The notes below the pieces were generated by a model. It did no database searches, was not told the origin of the DNA, and saw only the letters and a list, made by a program, of their open reading frames with translations. Positions 1-10,502 of a stretch of 64,000 nucleotides of DNA are shown here, piece after piece (position 1 is the first letter of the stretch; each line of letters starts with the position of its first letter). The position numbers and the translations under genes are program-made. The stretch is from Candidatus Poribacteria bacterium (GTDB lineage: Bacteria > Poribacteria > WGA-4E > WGA-3G), in assembly GCA_965197475.1 (NCBI GenBank), contig CBDANF010000003.1, positions 2,464,001 to 2,528,000 on the forward strand, written 5' to 3'.

Positions 1-1953
1 GCCTCCGCCGCAATAGGGATGACTTACATGTCCAGAGAGGGTATTCAAATGCTGTCTGAGACTCATATCAAATAGTTCCACCAAACTGTTGTGTCCATCT
101 ACCATAGCGATTATCTTTCCATCTGGAGAAAAACCTCCCAAACTTGTAGCACCCGAATATCCGATGAGTTTTCTGATATGTTGACCTGTTTTACCATCCC
201 ATAGATACACACCGTCGTCCCAACTTTCTTCATAAATGCCAGTAACGATAGTATTTACATCAGGTGAAAAGTATACTCCGTCAATATATCCCGTAATTCC
301 AGTCAGTATTTTTAGGAGTTGTCCAGTTTTCACATCCCATATTTGTACTGTATTTTCTGAACTCTGGGTAACGATTTTTGTACCATCGGTTGAATAATCT
401 ACTCCGTAGAGTTTACCCTTAATCCCAGTCAGTGTACTGAGCAGTTGTCCCGTGTTGGCATTCCACAGTCGGGCACTATTGTCCGAACTCCAACTTGCAA
501 TCGTTTTACCATCAGGTGAATAGTATACCTGAACAATATCGTGTCTGTGCCTTGAAAACGTATTGAGGAGTTCTCCTGTGCCCACATCCCATAAACATGC
601 CATACCCCACGTACACTTGGCAGTGAAAGTTTTTCCATTCGGTGAAAAACGAAAGGTGTTAACACTCCCCTTTAGTCCATTGAGCTTATATTGTTTCAGT
701 GGCTGCCCAGTGCTGCTGGCATCCCACAACCGCATAGTTTCGTCATAGCTCCAGCTTGCAATGGTTTTCCCATCTGGAGTATAGGAAACGTTACCGACGC
801 TTTCCATATATCCATCAAGCGTTTTGAGGAGTTCTCCTGTGATTGCATCCCACAGACGCACCGTCTTGTCCGAACCCTTGCTAAGGAGCGTAATTCCATC
901 TGGAGAAAAGGAAACGGTATCAATACCACCTGTATGTCCAGAGAGTTTTATCAATTCCTGTCCCGTGGTAGCAGACCATTGGCGTATCGTGCCATCAGAC
1001 CCAGCGGCAGCGATAACTTTTCCATTTGGCGAAAAACATAGACAGGACGCGCTACCTCCTGTATGTCCGACAAGACTTTTCAGATGTTGTCCAGTTTCGA
1101 CATCCCAGAGATGTACCTTACCATCCGATGAACCCCCGGCAGCGATAATATTTCCATCTGGAAAAAAAGAAAGGGTTAGGACTTTTCCCTTATGTCCGAT
1201 CAATGTTTTCAGAAACTCCCCTGTGCTGGTATCCCATAGACGTACCGTGTCGTCGCTACTTCCGGTAGCGAGAATTACTCCATCGGGAGAAAAACATATA
1301 CTGTCAACACTACGTTCATGTGCGGTGAAAGTATTTAGAAGCTGCCCTGTTCCGGCATCCCAGAGGCACACGGTGCCATCCGACCAACCATTAACGATAG
1401 TCTTTCCGTCGGGCGAAAAAGAAACAATTTCAACTTTATCCTTATCCCCAGCAAGGGTTTCCAAGAACTGTCCGGTTTCGACATCCCAAAGATGTACGGA
1501 GGAGTTATTGTCTTCCCAAGTTACCACTGTTCTTCCATTCGGTGAGAAGCACAATCTTTTGAAATGCCTGTCTTGTATAGACAGGGTTTTCAGATACTTT
1601 AATGTAATAGCATCCCACAAAAACACTTTTCCATCCTGATCTTCAGTAGCGATAGTTTTTCCATCAGGAGAAAAGCGGACGCTGTTGATAGCATACGCAT
1701 ATTTCGTTGGATCAATGAGTTGGTTTAGTTCTTTGCCAGTGATCGAATCGTAAACCAAAACTCCAACTGAAGTCGCCACGGCAAACCGAGTGCCATCTGG
1801 AAAATGAGCCACCTCCCTTAATATCCCTTTACCGATGCGGAGTTTTGCACCTTCTGGCAAATTTGATTTTGTGGCATCTTGTGCAGATGAATTTGGGAGA
1901 AACAATATGATAAGCAAGGATATGGTTATGATAAATTTGCTCACTGATTTCAT
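1..1953 (-). CDS. Secreted WD40-repeat protein (3' end runs off window)
   Basis: Manual translation: MKSVSKFIITISLLIILFLPNSSAQ signal peptide, LPEGAKLRIGKG, then more than 10 'FSPDG...LWD..TG..L..L.GH' repeats; AAGGAG RBS 9 nt upstream. Not in ORF track because there is no stop inside the window. Confidence 0.9.
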   Translation of the reverse strand, partial: MKSVSKFIITISLLIILFLPNSSAQDATKSNLPEGAKLRIGKGILREVAHFPDGTRFAVATSVGVLVYDSITGKELNQLIDPTKYAYAINSVRFSPDGKTIATEDQDGKVFLWDAITLKYLKTLSIQDRHFKRLCFSPNGRTVVTWEDNNSSVHLWDVETGQFLETLAGDKDKVEIVSFSPDGKTIVNGWSDGTVCLWDAGTGQLLNTFTAHERSVDSICFSPDGVILATGSSDDTVRLWDTSTGEFLKTLIGHKGKVLTLSFFPDGNIIAAGGSSDGKVHLWDVETGQHLKSLVGHTGGSASCLCFSPNGKVIAAAGSDGTIRQWSATTGQELIKLSGHTGGIDTVSFSPDGITLLSKGSDKTVRLWDAITGELLKTLDGYMESVGNVSYTPDGKTIASWSYDETMRLWDASSTGQPLKQYKLNGLKGSVNTFRFSPNGKTFTAKCTWGMACLWDVGTGELLNTFSRHRHDIVQVYYSPDGKTIASWSSDNSARLWNANTGQLLSTLTGIKGKLYGVDYSTDGTKIVTQSSENTVQIWDVKTGQLLKILTGITGYIDGVYFSPDVNTIVTGIYEESWDDGVYLWDGKTGQHIRKLIGYSGATSLGGFSPDGKIIAMVDGHNSLVELFDMSLRQHLNTLSGHVSHPYCGGG

Positions 1954-2010
1954 CTTTCTCATCTCCTTTTAACGAATTGCGGTAGATATTATATATAACG
2001 GTAAACTGTT

Positions 2011-2038
2011 GATAGGCGCGCTTACAAAGCGCGCCTAC
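2011..2038. repeat. REP-like palindrome (TAGGCGCGCTT-ACA-AAGCGCGCCTA)
   Basis: Perfect hairpin; degenerate relatives near 8688, 33205 and 37675. Confidence 0.6.
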
Positions 2039-2066
2039 AATGTAACATCAAAATGTGGAAATACAT

Positions 2067-2225
2067 TATAGTAAAATCTGTAATTATCTGGACACTGCTG
2101 TAGCGTCCACTTTCAGTTTGCGCAAGGACGACACAAACTAAAAGTTTGTGCTACAAAATATGCGGTAGGAACTGTTTCCCAACTGGACCGATAACAATGT
2201 CCAAGTAATTCTAAAATCTACTATA
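2067..2225. mobile_element. 159-bp IS630-type MITE, copy 1
   Basis: TA-flanked TIRs TAGTAAAATCTGTAATTA / TAATTCTAAAATCTACTA; identical to 12774-12932; end matches the IS630 end at 16467. Confidence 0.85.
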
Positions 2226-2264
2226 ATATGGTATCATTCTTGAAAAAGAACGACAGACAAGTAT

Positions 2265-4886
2265 TTAACGTTTCTCGACTTGGAAGTTGGCATCCAGTGC
2301 CTTTTCAACGCGAACTTGTGATTCTTCAAGGTGTGCAACACTGTAATCATCCAACTTATCCTTGGAATTTTGAAGCAGGTTCTTTAGACGATTGTTGATT
2401 TGTCCGAGATGGAGACGTGCAAGGGACCTTGCATCTTCTGGTGTGCCACTATCCGCGTCAAGCACAAGTTTAATAAGCTGCTTCAGATGTTCACGTTGCA
2501 ATCCACGTCGGAAACTGGATATAAATGCATCTGAATTCGTCCACTGCTTTTCCCCAGCATTCTTATCAAGTTCAACCCAAACAGCGTCCGTTATCCCCGT
2601 AAAGAGTTCTGGCAATGTAAACACATCCTCATTGTCAGAAAACTTGAGTTCTGTGTCTTGGACACGCGCAAGAACATTTGGATCAAGCAATCGACCCAAA
2701 ATTTGGCTTTGGTTTCGCAGAATAACGTCATGAATCGGGTAATCCAATCGAGACGAATTCCCACTACTTGCACCCCAATCGCTCCATTGAGTAATCGCAA
2801 TACTGTTCAGCAGCTTAGGTGGAAAATCGAATGTTTTATCTGAGAGTGCATGTTCTTTGATAAATGTCAGTGCTTCACGCTGCTTCTTCGCTGGAACAGG
2901 CACATAAGGTAAACGCCCATTTTTATCCCCACGATGGTCGCGATGGTGATATTGTCCACCGATGAAACGAGTCGCAAGGAACATAGAACGACTATATTGA
3001 CCCAGTAGCGACCTGAATGCCCGCCGGACGCGTTGGTAACCCATTCCATCTTGTGTGACTTTGTCTGCAATCTCGTCCCATAGTCCAGCAACAATCTCTC
3101 GACGTTGTTTAGCAAATTCAAGCGGATCCGCACCAAGGTCCCAACGATTGACTAACGGATCAAGGTCGCGATATTGATACATGGAAGCATCACCATCAGT
3201 GCCATATCTAAGTTCCGGGGCTGCTACACGTGATGCGATTTTCTGCAACTCCGATAATTCTGCTTCTGGCTTACTCCCACCGATCTGTTTATAGGCGTAT
3301 TCAACCACCCAATAGTCCCAGGGACCGATTGTTGTCGTATAATAATCTCCCTGTTTTTTTCCTTCAGGCGCGATGTTTACCGCATCATATTCCATCACGG
3401 AACCGTGGAGTGCTTTACCAACCTTCTTGTTTATGTCGTCAAGTGAAAATATCGTACTCGCTTTAAAGTTGTGTCGTAATCCCAATGTGTGACCGACTTC
3501 GTGCATAATCAATGCTTTGAGTGCTTGACCGATAAACTCCTCTGGAAGTTCTCCATCGTCAATTATGCCACGTGCTTGTAGAACGCTTGCCATGAAACCC
3601 ATTTGACGTGCAAGCCCAGTCGCCATTTGACAGTTATGCCGTGATGAATGATCAATCGGATGGTTGCGCTCATGTTCTAATTCCTCAAAGAAAGTGGTAT
3701 ACTCGCGCTGCCAAGATCTGATCCAACTTTCACCGACAAGGATATCTGCATCCAGAATCTGTCCTGTCAGCGGATTCACGCGAGAGGGACCAATTGCGAA
3801 GGATGCACCAACAACCCAACGAATCGTATTATACCGGGCGTCCTCAGGATCCCAATCCTCATGATCTTGTTGAATCCGTGCTTCAATAGCATCAACAAAA
3901 CCTGCTTTTTCAAAAGCCTTATTCCATTCCAGAATACCCTGACGTACGTATGGACGAAAACGATGTGGAACGGTTTTCTCTATGTAAAATATAATTGGAT
4001 CCTTCGGAGGAGAAAGTTTTGCATTTTTGTCAGCCTTCTCCAAGTGCCAACGATTGACAAAACGGATGTATGGCTCATCACTGGTTTGAAGTGAAAAGTC
4101 TTTCACTGTCGTCATGAAATGTCCCATACGATCATCAGCCAAACGGGGTTGATAGTTGTTTGATGGTAGTTCTGCAAGACTGTAGTGCACTGATAATTGG
4201 ATACCACGACTATCCGGAATTGTTTCACGATTGCCACTTGCAGAATAAACTGCATCGACTCTCAACTCAACGTTTTTGGGAAACGTTTTAATGGCTCCCC
4301 ATGTGCTGCGCCCTTTGTCAAAACGAGCACCACCACCTATCTGACCCGACAAAGGTGGCAGGTCTGACATAAATACGGGTGAAATATTTACTAACAAACT
4401 CTTACGTTGTGGATGGACACTTTCAAGTTTGAGGGCAAAAAGTACAGAGTCACGATATCCCAAGTCTACCGCTTCTGCTATTGGAGTTCCTTTATTAGCA
4501 CGAAAACGAACATTTTTACGGACAAGATGTACCTTATCACCAACACGCCGCCACTCAAGCAACCACTCATCCATGGTCATACCTGAAAGAAGGTATCCGG
4601 TTCCAATGCCCCGCGCGATGCTAATCATGCATAGAAAAGGCTTGTCCAATTGCGATGGTTGTATTTCACAATAGAGGTTTTCTTTTTTCTGATATAGCTT
4701 GAAAAAACCTTGATAACTTTTACTGTCTTCAATAACTTTATTAAAATCCTCATACTCTTTTTTCTGTTTTGCGGGTGTTGCCTGTGTAGCAGGCTTTGCC
4801 ACTTTTTTCTCTTCTTGTGCAATTATCGGCAGACAAAAACCGCTTATAAAAATAATACAGATCCAAAAAGTGAATAGGCGTTGCAT
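2265..4886 (-). CDS. Secreted zinc-dependent metalloprotease (EcxA/DUF5117-DUF4953 type)
   Basis: Signal peptide, HEVGHTLGLRHNF metzincin motif, GSVMEY Met-turn. Confidence 0.9.
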   Translation of the reverse strand: MQRLFTFWICIIFISGFCLPIIAQEEKKVAKPATQATPAKQKKEYEDFNKVIEDSKSYQGFFKLYQKKENLYCEIQPSQLDKPFLCMISIARGIGTGYLLSGMTMDEWLLEWRRVGDKVHLVRKNVRFRANKGTPIAEAVDLGYRDSVLFALKLESVHPQRKSLLVNISPVFMSDLPPLSGQIGGGARFDKGRSTWGAIKTFPKNVELRVDAVYSASGNRETIPDSRGIQLSVHYSLAELPSNNYQPRLADDRMGHFMTTVKDFSLQTSDEPYIRFVNRWHLEKADKNAKLSPPKDPIIFYIEKTVPHRFRPYVRQGILEWNKAFEKAGFVDAIEARIQQDHEDWDPEDARYNTIRWVVGASFAIGPSRVNPLTGQILDADILVGESWIRSWQREYTTFFEELEHERNHPIDHSSRHNCQMATGLARQMGFMASVLQARGIIDDGELPEEFIGQALKALIMHEVGHTLGLRHNFKASTIFSLDDINKKVGKALHGSVMEYDAVNIAPEGKKQGDYYTTTIGPWDYWVVEYAYKQIGGSKPEAELSELQKIASRVAAPELRYGTDGDASMYQYRDLDPLVNRWDLGADPLEFAKQRREIVAGLWDEIADKVTQDGMGYQRVRRAFRSLLGQYSRSMFLATRFIGGQYHHRDHRGDKNGRLPYVPVPAKKQREALTFIKEHALSDKTFDFPPKLLNSIAITQWSDWGASSGNSSRLDYPIHDVILRNQSQILGRLLDPNVLARVQDTELKFSDNEDVFTLPELFTGITDAVWVELDKNAGEKQWTNSDAFISSFRRGLQREHLKQLIKLVLDADSGTPEDARSLARLHLGQINNRLKNLLQNSKDKLDDYSVAHLEESQVRVEKALDANFQVEKR

Positions 4887-5141
4887 TTAGTTTTCTCCTT
4901 ATTTTAGCTGCAATAACTTATGTGTTTGCGACAATTAACCGCGGACTCAATTACATGTATCATAATAACCCGATGGAGTTGAACCCGCGAATGCCATTAG
5001 TACGTTCAGCGTTGATTTGATAAATCCCACGAACGAGTTTTGCTATGTGTCGCAGTCCAATGAAGACGGGATGAGATGTCGTGTTTTTTTGGGTTGATCG
5101 GAAACCTGTAGTTGCCCTTACGTGATTTATTTTCATAGACT

Positions 5142-5281
5142 TAGGTCATTTAGTTTTAGGTTTTCAGAATGCCACATTAGGACTTAGCGCGCTATAATTC
5201 GCGTAAATCGGGGTTACAAACCCCTCCCACAAGAATAATTCACGCTGAATTTCAAGAAACAACGGAAACTAAATAGCCCTG
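5142..5281. mobile_element. MITE with CAGGGCTATTTAGTTT-type TIRs and 9-bp TSD TCATAGACT
   Basis: TSD at 5133-5141 and 5282-5290; imperfect TIRs TAGGTCATTTAGTTT / AAACTAAATAGCCCTG (ISAs1-like ends, inferred). Confidence 0.7.
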
Positions 5282-5542
5282 TCATAGACTTGAAAAAGGC
5301 ATCAATTTTACAGAAAAGTGGTATAATGTTCATGGAGAACTTCTTTTGATAATGGGTTTAGGTTAACTCATTACATCAATGGATTTCTCTTTATACCATG
5401 CTCTTATCAAACTCACTTTATTATAACATATAACTACCTTTTTTGCGATACAAAATCTGAAACTGATAGGAGATTTTGTTTTATTATAATTTATCTTCAA
5501 CTTGATGCTCGGTACGACAAGTGTATAGTACCGAATGAACTT

Positions 5543-6220
5543 TCAGTCTATATTGTTCGTAAAATACTTACACACACTTTGTAAATTGCAAGCTTGACAT
5601 TCCGGCGTTTTCTGGCATACTCTTGCCCCATGCCGAACAATCAGGGCGTGATATTCGTTGAACAGATCCACATCGTGGGGAAGGTTGTCCATAAAGAACG
5701 CACGAAGTCTCGCGTAGTGATAGTTCCCTTCAACCCATCCCAATCGGCTCAGAAGTCTGTAGGTATAAGTATCAACGACGAAACTCGGTTTTTCTGCAGC
5801 GTAGAGAATAATAGAATCGGCTGTTTCGGGACCGACACCGTAAATAGAGAGCAGCTCTTCACGTAATTCGGGGACACCTTGCATAAACATTGTCTGCATC
5901 GGGCGTTCAACGATATGTTCAACAAAGGCACGCACCTTCTTTGCTTTCATCCGAAAATATCCAGAAGGTCTGAGAAGTTTTTCCAACTCATCTTGGCTAA
6001 TCGCGTGTATCTGTTTTGGCGTAAATGCGTCTGCAGTTTTGAGATTGTCTATTGCTTTAACGACATTCCGCCACGCAGTGGCTTGTGTCAAGATAGCACC
6101 AAGTGCTACTTCAAAGGGTGTATCTGCTGGCCACCATCTAAGGGTGCCGTGTTGTGTTCGGAGTTGATGATATAGGTCAAGCAGTTTTTTATTCAGATTT
6201 TTTTCAAAAATAATTCGCAT
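5543..6220 (-). CDS. Endonuclease III-related HhH-GPD DNA glycosylase
   Basis: GAILTQ, YGVGPETADSIILYA HhH motif, VVDTY, C-terminal CQKTPECQACNLQSVC Fe-S motif. Confidence 0.9.
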   Translation of the reverse strand: MRIIFEKNLNKKLLDLYHQLRTQHGTLRWWPADTPFEVALGAILTQATAWRNVVKAIDNLKTADAFTPKQIHAISQDELEKLLRPSGYFRMKAKKVRAFVEHIVERPMQTMFMQGVPELREELLSIYGVGPETADSIILYAAEKPSFVVDTYTYRLLSRLGWVEGNYHYARLRAFFMDNLPHDVDLFNEYHALIVRHGARVCQKTPECQACNLQSVCKYFTNNID

Positions 6221-6267
6221 ATCGGTATAATTTATATAATTCCCAATTTAGACAGCGAGGAAATGAA

Positions 6268-7155
6268 ATGAACATCAGTTTTAGTACCAGTGTCGGCGGT
6301 GGTGCGTGGAGTTTTGCTGAATGCGCCGCATGGGCAAAAACCTACGATTTTGACGCAATCCGCCCAAACGCTAACGGCCTTTTTGAACCGAACCAGATTA
6401 TACAATCAGGTGGCGAAGATGTCAAGGAAATTTTGTCTTCCACAGACATCTATGTTGCAGCTTTAACAGCACATTCTAACCTTTTGGACGATGATTCAGA
6501 AATACGAGAAAATGCTCGCGATATGTTGATGCAAGCAATTGAAGCAGCGCATATACTTCAAATTCCAATAGTAGTTACTTACGCTGGAAGTCCTGTTAGT
6601 TGGCATTTTTACGGGCAGTTTTCCTCTGAACCCGGTAACCCTGGGGATCGCTCCGTAGAACTCGTCCAACGATTCAAACTGATGTGGACACCCATTGTCC
6701 AATTTGCTGAAGATAGAGGTGTAAGACTTGCTTTAGATTGTGCAGTTCGCATGGGCAATATTGCTTGTAATCCAGAAATGTGGGAAGGTATCCTTGATGC
6801 GATGCCTTCGGATGCTCTGGGATTATCTTGCGACCCATCACACTGGCTATGGATGGGGATTTTGCCTGCCGAAGACGCTATTCGTATGTTTAGCGGGAAA
6901 TGGTATTATGCCGATGTTAAGGATTGCGAAATTAGTCCACGCATGCTTTTCAGACAAGGTATTATCGGTAACTGGTGGTGGCAGTATCGGGTGCCGGGAC
7001 GAGGACAATTAAATTGGGGCACGATAATCGGTGCGTTGCAGGAATCTGGATACGATTATGTTCTTTGCGTCGAAAACGAAGATCGTGGTGCACCGGGGCT
7101 AGAAGGTTTCGCTATCGGTTGTAAACATCTCCGCCAATTCCTGGCAAATTCTTGA
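6268..7155 (+). CDS. Sugar phosphate isomerase/epimerase (xylose-isomerase-like TIM barrel)
   Basis: DPSH, VKD, RVPGRGQLNW and VENED motifs. Confidence 0.85.
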   Translation: MNISFSTSVGGGAWSFAECAAWAKTYDFDAIRPNANGLFEPNQIIQSGGEDVKEILSSTDIYVAALTAHSNLLDDDSEIRENARDMLMQAIEAAHILQIPIVVTYAGSPVSWHFYGQFSSEPGNPGDRSVELVQRFKLMWTPIVQFAEDRGVRLALDCAVRMGNIACNPEMWEGILDAMPSDALGLSCDPSHWLWMGILPAEDAIRMFSGKWYYADVKDCEISPRMLFRQGIIGNWWWQYRVPGRGQLNWGTIIGALQESGYDYVLCVENEDRGAPGLEGFAIGCKHLRQFLANS

Positions 7156-7255
7156 TTGTTGCATACAAAACATGTGCCAAGTGTTAGAAATTCAATGTCA
7201 CATAACTCAATACGTTCCTTGAAATTGATTTCGGTTTGTGGTAGTTTATTGGTAA

Positions 7256-8317
7256 ATGATGAAACAATTGAATCCTAAATCACACAGAATCGTTATTCTT
7301 GCTGAAGGATCGTTCGGTGTACTTGAATCGAAAACCGCCACGGTTTTGGTGCGTTACCTTCCTGACAACGTTGTCGCTGTCATTGATAGTACGAAAGCGG
7401 GAAAATATGTCAATGAAGTCATCGAAATTGGCGAAGGAATTCCGATCATCAGCAATCTGGTAGAGGCGATGCGGTTTCAACCGACGATGTTGGCTATCGG
7501 TATTGCACCACCGGGGGGCGAGTTGCCGGGTGCTTGGCTCGGGATTCTCCATGAAGCAATCGGTAGTGGATTACACATCATGAGTGGTCTTCACCATTTT
7601 TTGAGTGATGACGTTGAGCTTGCAGCATTAGCAGGGACAAACAATGTTGTGCTGTGGGATGCACGAAAGCCATCAGATAATCTGCCTGTGGCAACATGTA
7701 AAGCTGCAGATGTAGATGCAACGGTTATTCTTACCGTCGGGTCGGATTGCCGCGTCGGGAAAATGCTATCCGGTATTGAGCTTACTTATGCAGCGCGGGA
7801 AAGGGGATTCAACGCTGAGTTTTGTCCGACTGGACAGAACGGCATTATGGTATGGGGGTGGGGCATCGCGATTGACGCTGTCGTCTCAGACTTCACCGCT
7901 GGTGCGGTGGAGCAGATTGTGCTTGAAGGTGCAAAAAACCACGACCTTTTAATCGTTGAGGGACAAGGATCATTGGTTCATCCAGGATATTCCGGCGTAA
8001 CATTAAGCCTACTCCATGGAAGTCTACCGGATGCGATGATATTTTGTCATCAACCCTCGCGGGAAAAGGTTGCGAGGTATACAGTGCCGCTACCCTCTTT
8101 AACCGAGATGATAGCACAGTATGAGATACTAACTGCACCTATAAAACCGGCTAAGGTCGTTGGATTGGCATTGAATTGTTTTGATTTATCTGAAAAGGAA
8201 GCGCATGCGGCAATTGCTGCTGCAGAGGCAGAAACAGGGTTGCCTGCTACAGACATAGTGCGGTTTGGCACAGAAATATTGGTTGATGCTATTCAGAAGG
8301 TGCATGAAGGTAACTAA
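7256..8317 (+). CDS. DUF1611 family protein (DgcN-like)
   Basis: SKTAT, GIAPPGG, GSDCRVGK P-loop, TGQNG, EGQGSL.HP.YSGV motifs. Confidence 0.85.
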   Translation: MMKQLNPKSHRIVILAEGSFGVLESKTATVLVRYLPDNVVAVIDSTKAGKYVNEVIEIGEGIPIISNLVEAMRFQPTMLAIGIAPPGGELPGAWLGILHEAIGSGLHIMSGLHHFLSDDVELAALAGTNNVVLWDARKPSDNLPVATCKAADVDATVILTVGSDCRVGKMLSGIELTYAARERGFNAEFCPTGQNGIMVWGWGIAIDAVVSDFTAGAVEQIVLEGAKNHDLLIVEGQGSLVHPGYSGVTLSLLHGSLPDAMIFCHQPSREKVARYTVPLPSLTEMIAQYEILTAPIKPAKVVGLALNCFDLSEKEAHAAIAAAEAETGLPATDIVRFGTEILVDAIQKVHEGN

Positions 8318-8360
8318 CGATGCTGTTTAACAAAGATGATTAGGGAGGAGACAATCTTAA

Positions 8361-8618
8361 ATGGTTACTCATAAATGGTTGGTAGAAACCGAAAATCCTC
8401 ATACTGTTCAAGTTAATCATTGGGACACGTCGTGGTTTTCTGGCAAGGTTCATATTTATGTTGACGACGAATTAATCTACGAAAGACATCTCAAATTATT
8501 TGACTACTCGCCGTTAGAGCATCGTTTCAAACTTGACGGGTTACCCTATATCATCCGAATTTTATACCGGACATGGCATTATGAATATGAACTGTGGGTT
8601 GATGGAAAACTGCAGTAG
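8361..8618 (+). CDS. Small beta-rich hypothetical protein (FAIM-like)
   Basis: Strong RBS GGAGGAG; H.V...H...SGK..I.VD...YEL.VDGK pattern. Confidence 0.65.
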   Translation: MVTHKWLVETENPHTVQVNHWDTSWFSGKVHIYVDDELIYERHLKLFDYSPLEHRFKLDGLPYIIRILYRTWHYEYELWVDGKLQ

Positions 8619-8817
8619 TTTAACCAATTGGGTAGAGCATCATAGATACTTCGTTGAGATGGTGGTTTCAAGCGCATACAACAGAAAAGCGCGTTTACAA
8701 ACGCGTCGACTGGAATAGGTTTTTGATTAAGTTCTGACATATTGTCGTAGGTCTTAGACTATATAATAATTCGCAATAAGTAGTTTTGGACTTGCAACAA
8801 GCCATTGAATTTTTCAC

Positions 8818-8847
8818 TTGACTCTCTTTTCTCCCACATGTTATACT
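8818..8847 (+). promoter_or_regulatory. Sigma70-type promoter for IS1595 cargo transcript
   Basis: TTGACT-N18-TATACT with extended -10 TG. Confidence 0.7.
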
Positions 8848-8851
8848 ATCC

Positions 8852-8930
8852 TAACGTTGTTGGTAGGGAATCTCATCTGTCTCGCTTGAGGCAGTCCCTA
8901 CCAAACCGAATGAGATCGGGAACAACGTTA
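8852..8930 (+). ncRNA. Putative pseudoknotted leader RNA
   Basis: P1 TAACGTTGTT/AACAACGTTA, P2 GGTAGGGA/TCCCTACC, P3 CTGTCTC/GAGGCAG, pseudoknot ATCTCAT/ATGAGAT; begins at the predicted TSS. Confidence 0.6.
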
Positions 8931-8990
8931 AGGTTAAACAACGTGATCCTATAAACAAAACACGTACAACCCTTACCATAAGGGAATATC

Positions 8991-9227
8991 ATGGTACTTT
9001 TAGTGTGGCCACTTCTTGTATTTGCTTACTATAAGCAAAAATACACGTTGAAAAACTGGCTTTTGTTTTTCGCTATCATTGGATCTATAGTCACTGTTCT
9101 CGGTGCTCGAGAATACGCATTAGTAGCATTGGTAGCCCAAATTGTCGGCATACCTATTATTTTTCTGTCGGCAAGATTCACCGCTTGGTGTATCAAACGG
9201 TATGTAAACCGAAAGAAAACAGACTAA
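8991..9227 (+). CDS. Small hydrophobic membrane protein (IS cargo)
   Basis: 78 aa, about 3 hydrophobic segments, basic C-terminal tail; RBS AAGGGA. Confidence 0.65.
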   Translation: MVLLVWPLLVFAYYKQKYTLKNWLLFFAIIGSIVTVLGAREYALVALVAQIVGIPIIFLSARFTAWCIKRYVNRKKTD

Positions 9228-9275
9228 CCCAACAACGAGGTGCCCCTGTCCCCTCTAACTCACAAAGGAACTATC

Positions 9276-9611
9276 ATGTTAATCATATTTCCAAAACCTG
9301 AACAAATCACTGGATTTTGTCCATTAGCCGTAAATCTTAATATTTATGATGAAATTGTGATCATCAAGAACAACGAATCAAACTTGTTCAATCTGACTCT
9401 GTTGAAACATGTAGACGCTCATGGATCGAACCAATCAACTTTTCTCTACAATTTGGGCATCTTCCAATCCGAGTCAGATTGCTATACATTGTTCCAAAAT
9501 ATTCTCGAAGCTTTGAATTCGGATCAAAAGACATTCGAGCTTCCGCCATCTGTGCTGCAAGCACCGCCTGAACCCGCGGATCATGCAAAGAAACGCCCTG
9601 GGTACCTTTAG
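9276..9611 (+). CDS. Hypothetical protein (IS cargo)
   Basis: ORF with RBS AAGGAA before MLIIFPK; converges on the transposase stop. Confidence 0.6.
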   Translation: MLIIFPKPEQITGFCPLAVNLNIYDEIVIIKNNESNLFNLTLLKHVDAHGSNQSTFLYNLGIFQSESDCYTLFQNILEALNSDQKTFELPPSVLQAPPEPADHAKKRPGYL

Positions 9612-9617
9612 TTTCAC

Positions 9618-10502
9618 TCATCTCATACTCTCATTAACAAACTTATCAAAGATGCTGTCAATGCTCCTATAGTTATACTTGTAGCACGCCTCTGCGACAT
9701 ACAGGGGCGTATATTCAGTCCAATAGTGGTGATGTGAACCATACCAAGCGCGTTTGAGAAGCGACCAAAACCCCTCAATCGTGTTTGTGTGGACATCACC
9801 GTCAACAAATTGCTCTTGATGATTGATGATATGATGCTTCATATCTCTACCGAGTGCGAGATAAGCATTATATTCATCGGTCATCAACTCCGAATCCTGA
9901 ACTTTCACGGCTCTTCGGATAAAGTCTAAAATAGTCCGTCCTGTCAAATCCCTTGCAAGTTGTGCTACAACTTTCCCACCGCGTTGGACAGCCCCGATGA
10001 TTGCGTCTTTATCAGTGCCACGACCACGCTTGGCAGGCTCCGCATCTGCTTTCTTGTTCGGCTTGCGAGGTTTACCCCCGATGTAAGTTTCATCAGCCTC
10101 TATGATGCCTTGTAATAGCACGTTGCTACCTTTCTTTGCCATTTCAGCACGGATACGAGTCATTATAAACCATGCAGTTTTCTGATTCAAGTCTAAATCA
10201 CGACTCAACTGGTAACTGGATAACGACTTCTTCGCATTCACAATCAACGAGATCGCCAAAAACCACTTCTGAAGTGCTATCTTTGTCCCGTGAAACACCG
10301 TGCCACACGTCACCTTGAAAGTAGCAGTGCAATCATGGCATTGCCAGCGTCCGATGCGTCCCAATTCCGTCTCTGTCCGTTCCGCAACGTTTAGACTATC
10401 ACAATGCGGACATCTTGGTTCACCACGCCACCGAATATATTCCAAATGCTCAATACATGCTTCTTGGTCAGGAAAACGCTCCATTACCTTCAATAAATCC
10501 AT
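9618..10502 (-). CDS. IS1595-family DDE transposase, copy 1
   Basis: Zn ribbon CPHC..C..C, IEADETYIGG, MTDEY, HTNTIEGFWSLLKR. Confidence 0.95.
   Translation of the reverse strand: MDLLKVMERFPDQEACIEHLEYIRWRGEPRCPHCDSLNVAERTETELGRIGRWQCHDCTATFKVTCGTVFHGTKIALQKWFLAISLIVNAKKSLSSYQLSRDLDLNQKTAWFIMTRIRAEMAKKGSNVLLQGIIEADETYIGGKPRKPNKKADAEPAKRGRGTDKDAIIGAVQRGGKVVAQLARDLTGRTILDFIRRAVKVQDSELMTDEYNAYLALGRDMKHHIINHQEQFVDGDVHTNTIEGFWSLLKRAWYGSHHHYWTEYTPLYVAEACYKYNYRSIDSIFDKFVNESMR

Noticed and set aside
429-1639. Several ORF-track ORFs, including the 271-aa + strand ORF
   Set aside because: Antisense or off-frame shadows of the minus-strand WD40 gene.
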